Below, in pieces: positions 57,939 to 64,000 of a stretch of DNA of 64,000 nucleotides; position 1 is the first letter of the stretch, and each line of letters begins with the position of its first letter. Source of the DNA: Ptychomitrium polyphyllum (Eukaryota); contig OZ316775.1 of assembly GCA_973851085.1 (NCBI GenBank), forward strand, positions 13,578,001-13,642,000. The letters run 5' to 3'. Made by a program: the position numbers and the translations under genes. A model generated the notes under the pieces. That model saw nothing but the letters and a program-made list of their open reading frames with translations, did not search any database and was not told the DNA's origin.

Positions 57939-60900
57939 TTACAGTGACTTGTGCGCAACAAACAGTGCCCACTTCTGTTCATCAGCTGAACACCGTTTCA
58001 GCTTGTTCTCCCATCCGCTTACAATGTAGTTGTAATCATCCTCCGAAAAATCGGCAATAAACTTGTCGCGATTTTTCTCAGTGACAACAAGCTCTTTCTT
58101 TAAGACTTCCACGAACTGCGACACCGGAGTAAGATAAGAAAAATATGTAAGTGTAAAGTACGAAAACATTTGAATTTTAAAATCATAGTTCTACAATTGA
58201 GGTCCTAAACCATCTCACCTGATCAGTTCGGTCCTCAGCACGCACGTCTATGAAACCAGCGGCTTGCAACATCTGCACATGCAATTATATCCTCTTAGCG
58301 ATTGTACATGCAAATCAATATATTTCAAGCAAAATGCTCCACATATGTGAAATATCCAACAAACATAACAGAGGAAAGCACAAGTTTGATAACCCACAAA
58401 TTCGTCAAAAACTCTAAATTACCTGTCCATATGCCTGGACAGAATGAAGGTCATAACCCCTCTGACTGATGTATGCAGCAAACTCCTCAGATGGAGTAGA
58501 TGGAGCTCTGCAATAGTCACTGATTAGAACCCGACCGCCAGGTTTCAACCATTTGTAGAAACGACTGAACAGTGCGGGTTTATCCTGTCATTCGCAAAAA
58601 TGACGTGTTACCTCAAAAGGTTGAAAACAAATATTTCGATTGATTGTTCAGAACTGGTACTTCATTCGAGTCTCTATGCTTCACTATATCCACTATGCTT
58701 AACCATAGCACTTTTATGCATCACTTTCATTTAGAATCTCATTGTACCATTGTCAATAACCATTATCATAGTCGTAAGAATCAGAACGTATAATATAATC
58801 TTATGTAAAAACAACAAACATTCATGTAAAAGATGCATCCAAAAATTGATATAAACTATGGTTCACCTGAATGTGAAGAATGGTGTCCCGGCTGTAGATG
58901 ACATCAAAGGAAGCATTGGGATAATCAATCTTGGTGCAGTCCCCAACTTCAAACTCAATGGCACATTTCCTGCCGATCGATCGCTCAAGGGCGAAGGATA
59001 TCATGTTTACAGACAGGTCAACGCCAACAACCTCAACGTCAAATTCTTCAGCCATGTAGAAATCACCACCTCCAATTCCACATCCCACGTCCAGAACACG
59101 CTGTCCCGCCTTCAAGGACAACATATTTACGAACTCCTTGGTAGTTTCTGCGATGTCAACATTCCGCGACTAAAGTGAGCTGACACAGTTTCGAACTAAA
59201 AAACATCACCTAGTCAACTCGCATTTGGATAGTCAAGAACAGAATCCTAATAGACAAAACTCGATACTGATCAAGTGACATGCGGGCCAACCGTCGACTT
59301 CGGTTTAATACACTAAAGGATTCATTTTAAGGATCAAAGGATGCAAACACCAAAAACAATGTTAAAATAATTACCAATGCCACCGGTGCTCACAAACCCC
59401 TCGCCGAAAATGCGCTCGTAGCGTAGAATTCCAGTTTCTGTGTACTGCTGGGTGTCCAAAAACTTCTGAAAACTCTTTGATGCAGGCCCCTCAGAGGCCA
59501 CTTTCTTCCAGAGCCAGCACACTTGGTTCTGGTTTCTCTTGTTGCGCACATAAGTGCCAATACACTTAAATCCCAACAATTCGAACTCGTAGAATGAGCC
59601 ATCCGCGTCTTCGATTTGCGTCTGCTCAAAGAACTGTAAGATTTTACCGTCGGCAGCATTAGTTCCTGATCAAGGAGGAAACAGACAAAGTAATAAAACT
59701 GGCAGAGACAAGAACATCAATAACAGGATACGATACCTTGGTGTAGTCACTTGGTTGCCGATAGTGAGTAGGATTGTTCTTTCGCTTACGATCTCCAGAC
59801 TGGTGGAAGACCGACTCCCTAAAGAAAATAAATCCACCTGGCCTGAGCCATTTCAGGCTACGAGCCGTCAGTGCTACAACCTCTTCGTCGGATAAGTACA
59901 TCAGCAGCCAGTTGGAAAAGACAAGGTCTGTAGAGGCATCGGCAATATCCAGATCTGGAGAAGTAACATCTGAGCACTTGAAGTCGATGTTGTTGTAATG
60001 TCCGTTCTTATCCTCATTCTGCAGTCGAAATGCTCATTCGTTACTACAGAACAGGAAATACACTCAACAAGCATGCATCCAAAAAGCGGTTCAAAAGATA
60101 AATTGCAATTACACAAGACTTCTGCTAGGTTTCTGTAAACATTACAGCCTTGATGAGATTTTCCATGAAGTCCACAGCGACAACATGGCGTGCTGACTCC
60201 GCAAGTTCCCCAGTAAAACGACCGATGCCTGCTCCCAACTCGATAATATCTTTACCTTTCAATGGTGGCAACAGCGAAAGGATCTGCAAAAACCACGGCA
60301 ACCGGTCACACACACATTCCTCACATCGTACATTCAATCATATATGGAAAACCGTCAACCCATCGGCACCGTCGAGAAATCTAGAACCATACTCTTGTTG
60401 TGCAAGCTGGCTTGCGCTCTTCCACCTCAATCTGAACAACGGGAGAATAACATGACAGAAGGGGAAAAACTACAAATTGTCACATTGGTGGAAGAAAATA
60501 CCTCAGGTCGCTCTTCAAGGTCAAGCTTGGAAGCCTGTGAATCAAGCATCATCGCCTCAACACTTGAGTCCACACAGTGTTCCTTCCAGTAGTTCCACTG
60601 AACGGTGCGCTCAGCTGCAAGAAAACAACACAGAAACCGGGGTTAGCAAGTGCTGAACACACGCTCCTCCAATGTGGAACTATCTCAGCAGCCCGTAGGC
60701 TGTCTTATAAAAAGAAACAACAAAGAGCATACATTTCCAAGTCCAGTACAATCATTAGTATCTCTTCCATTTCCACGACAAATAGACATCCTCACATAAG
60801 AGCACACAACAACCATCACGTCCCAACACAACAAGGTTCCCAAAATATACTGCTTTACGTCGAACACCCCAATTCATAGCAAATGCCATCACCAGCCTTG

Positions 60901-61085
60901 ATGTCATCCTTCACAACGACGCCACCACTAATTTGGTTCTTAAAAAAACTACAGAACAGATCAGCGAGCTTCGGTTCCGTACAACATATCGAAATTCTCT
61001 CCAACAGCTCGCAACCTCGCGACGAAGTCAACAGACAACCAGTCAAGAAAACAGAGGAGCCGCAGCGCTTACTACAGGGAGCCAT
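57939..61085 (-). CDS. PEAMT: Phosphoethanolamine N-methyltransferase (PEAMT/NMT, XPL1-like), 9 exons, 492 aa
   Basis: Exons 61073-61085, 60502-60614, 60146-60283, 59737-60018, 59375-59633, 58867-59147, 58423-58584, 58219-58272, 57939-58115 (1479 nt, GT-AG). Two SAM-binding domains ([23 protein letters not shown]), plus [18 protein letters not shown] and YSRDTILHI. Confidence 0.96.
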
Positions 61086-61232
61086 GATTGTTGTAGGAGC
61101 TCAGACCGCAACACGGACACCAACTTGCAGCTGGTTTCTTGCCGAGTGAAAAGAAACTCTCGCACAAAAGCGACCTTTACCGTAAGACAGAGAGCTACCG
61201 AAAGATGAAGACAATCCCGGCGCCAGGAAGTG

Positions 61233-61310
61233 TCAATGGCCTTCAATGGCGATGCGAGTGCGCGAGAAAGTCCGGGAGCGTCTGTTGACCGACTTCCCCC
61301 TCTGATGCAT
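61233..61310 (-). CDS. Conserved-peptide upstream ORF (25 aa) in the PEAMT 5' leader, homolog of Arabidopsis XPL1 uORF30/CPuORF30
   Basis: MHQRGKSVNRRSRTFSRTRIAIEGH*, versus the Arabidopsis peptide I recall as MQQRGRSVNRRSRSFSRSRLAVEGH. It ends 147 nt before the main ATG with no other ATG in between. Confidence 0.9.
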   Translation of the reverse strand: MHQRGKSVNRRSRTFSRTRIAIEGH

Positions 61311-64000
61311 TGGCCTGTGGGATCGCCAAAGTCGCTCTGAGCTCCACAATGCGAAGAAAACGCCCCAGTGCGGTCGCGCATGCAAATTGTGGTACCTCTT
61401 CCCAGCCCTCGCACTCTTATGAACGCCATCGCTGAAAGCTCTGGCGCTGCCGATTCCGCGGGCCGGGCTGCCGGTCGCAGCTTTCACGTCGCCACCAGGC
61501 CCGCTCAGACCCGTGATCTCTCTGCATGGCCACCCGGCGCTTCGCAGGGTGCATCTGGGCTCGCGGATCGGGTGCCCTGTTTGGCGGAGTCAGACCTAAA
61601 ACCGCTACCATGACCAAAATCCGACATCAACGTTGCGCTTGTTGAAATCTCTGAAAGGAGTATATGACGATGTTGAACAGTCTATAAATTGGAGTCGACA
61701 TTATCTGTAAATATCGCAGATTTTAGGTAGTGCAATGTGGACGCGTGCAGTTGGTGTCGGTATTTGGGCATGGTGACGGTTTTGGGTGTGTTGTGAAGAT
61801 TCAGTCCCGGCCCGTGGAAACGGAGGATTCAGAATGAAGTCAAAAAAGAATAATAATGGGTATTTCGGTGTTTTATATCTTGGACTTTAGTGACGGGGCC
61901 CACTATTGTGGTGGCATCAGTGCAAGGTACTTGAGATTCTGCCACCCGGTGGCCAATGGCTGTACAAGGCCAAGAACTTCATGGGGCACCCTATGTGGCG
62001 TTCCGATGGGCAGTGTAGGATCTAGTGCCTCTCATTGCAAGGACATAAGCCAACGAAAAGTCCCGGATTCTCATAGTGTGTTGAGTCTCGAGAATGAGGT
62101 GCATATTGCATGGAGATTCCTTACTTTTGTCGTTGAGAACTCTGCAGGGGAGGGAAAGGTTAGCAATTGGAGCATGGGTTGCAAAAATTGCTGAGCACTT
62201 ATCATGTTAACAGTTTTTTTTAAAAGAAATTGGCTGAAATACTTATTAAATTGAAAGCAACAAACAGACATTCCTAACACAACAATGTCCTTCACATTCA
62301 TGGAGGCCAAGGGGACTCTCTTGTGATTACATTATGTGAAACTGTTTGGGGTGTATAAGACTGCCAGCTCTTTCTGCATTTTGCACATCATGCACCTCTG
62401 CAGCAACCAAGTAAAGCTTGATTTTGAAGACTGAAACTTAGACTCCTCAAAATTGATATCAGATGTTTCATTCGTGATGCAAGAAAAAGAGTAGGATGAT
62501 ATCAAATGGGATGAATTGATGGGTACATGGATAGGCCTCCACCGACAAATTTCATCTACCATACGGCTCTTGTACTGTATTTGTCTACATCCTGCAGGGA
62601 AGACGACAACAGGTCATTGTCTTAAGAAAATAAGATGAACAATGTGTAAAAGTCTTAAATGAAAGCAAATTGCACTGGCTGCCATCTTACCCAATGAAGA
62701 GATTAATATGTTGAAGTCGATCAAATCACACATATAAAAAAATCAATCAACAATGAATGCAACAAAGTGTGCACTGTACAACTTACAAGTGGCACACATG
62801 CTAGTCTGACACCTCTCATCACCTAACTAATAGGAAAGTCCTTTAGTGGATCTTCTTTTCTAGCCTCACTGAATAAGACACAAGTCCATGAGGTGAATGA
62901 CCATTTTATGATAATTGGATATTAGGGTATTTTTCATGGGGAATCACAGTATTGGCCTGAGTATCCCAGTTTTGACACTGGTAACTCTGCAAACTCTGCA
63001 AAATATTAGCATGCGAATAGGCTCATTTAATTTAACAGTAAATTTTGTTTACAAAGTAGTTTCAAGAGCATGAAAAGAAAAACATCTAAAACTTACAGAA
63101 GCTTGCCCAACAGAAGCTAAAAGGAAACAAAATACAGGTACCTCAAATTTGCAACTTTCATAGATTTGAGAAGTTGCCCACATAGATGTGAATATCTCAA
63201 ATCTAGCAAAAGCCTTAATATGAGATACATGTGGTTCTACCTTAATACATACAACATTTGTCTTCTCACATTCATTGAGTTCCAAATCTGAGACAATCTT
63301 TAAATCAGTTACATTTTGAGAGCAAGTGAATCAAATTTAAGAAAGTGGACATGTAAGTTGAGATATTGAATGTACAATATAATTTTAAAAAGTTTCAGGC
63401 AATTGTAATTATGGTTTGGAAAATAATGAGTTTTATTATTGAAGGAAGTAAATGAGTTTTGAAGTTGATCCAAAATTGTCATTAATTAATTAGTATTAAG
63501 AGTATTTGGGTTATGACATATGTATCATGTGGCACAAGATATGACATAGTAAACTAACATAATTCCATAATCATTATATTTAAGATTGAAATACTAGAAA
63601 ACAAATGTTAGAAGGTATAAATGAATGGTAATGTTTGTATACCTTATTTCAAGTTATATATATAATGTGTTATAATTTCAATTTGTTATAATATATCAAT
63701 TGGACTTTTGGTGGTAGACTTAATTAATTAACTAATGTTTGGCATTATAATATATAAAAGTATATTATTTATATTAATTATTTTGAAAAGGTATTTTTTA
63801 CTTATAATATTAGGTCTAATTGAAGTGCATGTCTTTAGATAAAGATATCTTATAAAGTTTCTTCATACAAACTTCTTGATTACAAAAAAATTGAAGAAAA
63901 GAAACTAAGTTGAAATTTTAATAAATTATTTTGGTTTTGTAGCTTAAAATAACATATCTTTCCAAAAGCATGCTAAATGCATACAACAATAATCCAAAGT

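Noticed and set aside
60141..60150. Apparent GC donor at PEAMT exon 3
   Set aside because: A canonical GTAATG donor 3 nt downstream keeps the frame and the homologous length (LIKA|NED).

Overview
Eukaryotic land-plant genomic DNA with spliceosomal introns and GC-richer gene islands separated by very AT-rich, TE-decayed spacers. It is most likely the moss Physcomitrium patens, because it carries a 21-mer I recall as ppt-miR1212 inside a proper hairpin. Four intact intron-containing genes were rebuilt by hand: a CDPK-related kinase (CRK, minus, 596 aa), a MIF/D-DT-like tautomerase (plus, 115 aa), nucleosome assembly protein 1 (minus, 383 aa, CKQQ CaaX end) and phosphoethanolamine N-methyltransferase (minus, 492 aa). 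The PEAMT leader carries a conserved-peptide uORF matching Arabidopsis XPL1 uORF30. Accessory content: a MIR1212 locus with a (CATGCT)n array abutting its TATA box; a tandem pair of highly divergent AP2-domain genes (one intact, one broken only in the AP2 domain); a Ty3/gypsy LTR element nested inside a Mutator (MULE) transposase; a pogo-like transposon relic with a second dispersed copy; a chimeric intron-containing RanBP1 fragment; and a near-perfect 25-bp x8 minisatellite inside an LRR-like relic. All identifications come from manual translation and remembered family motifs; no database searches were run.
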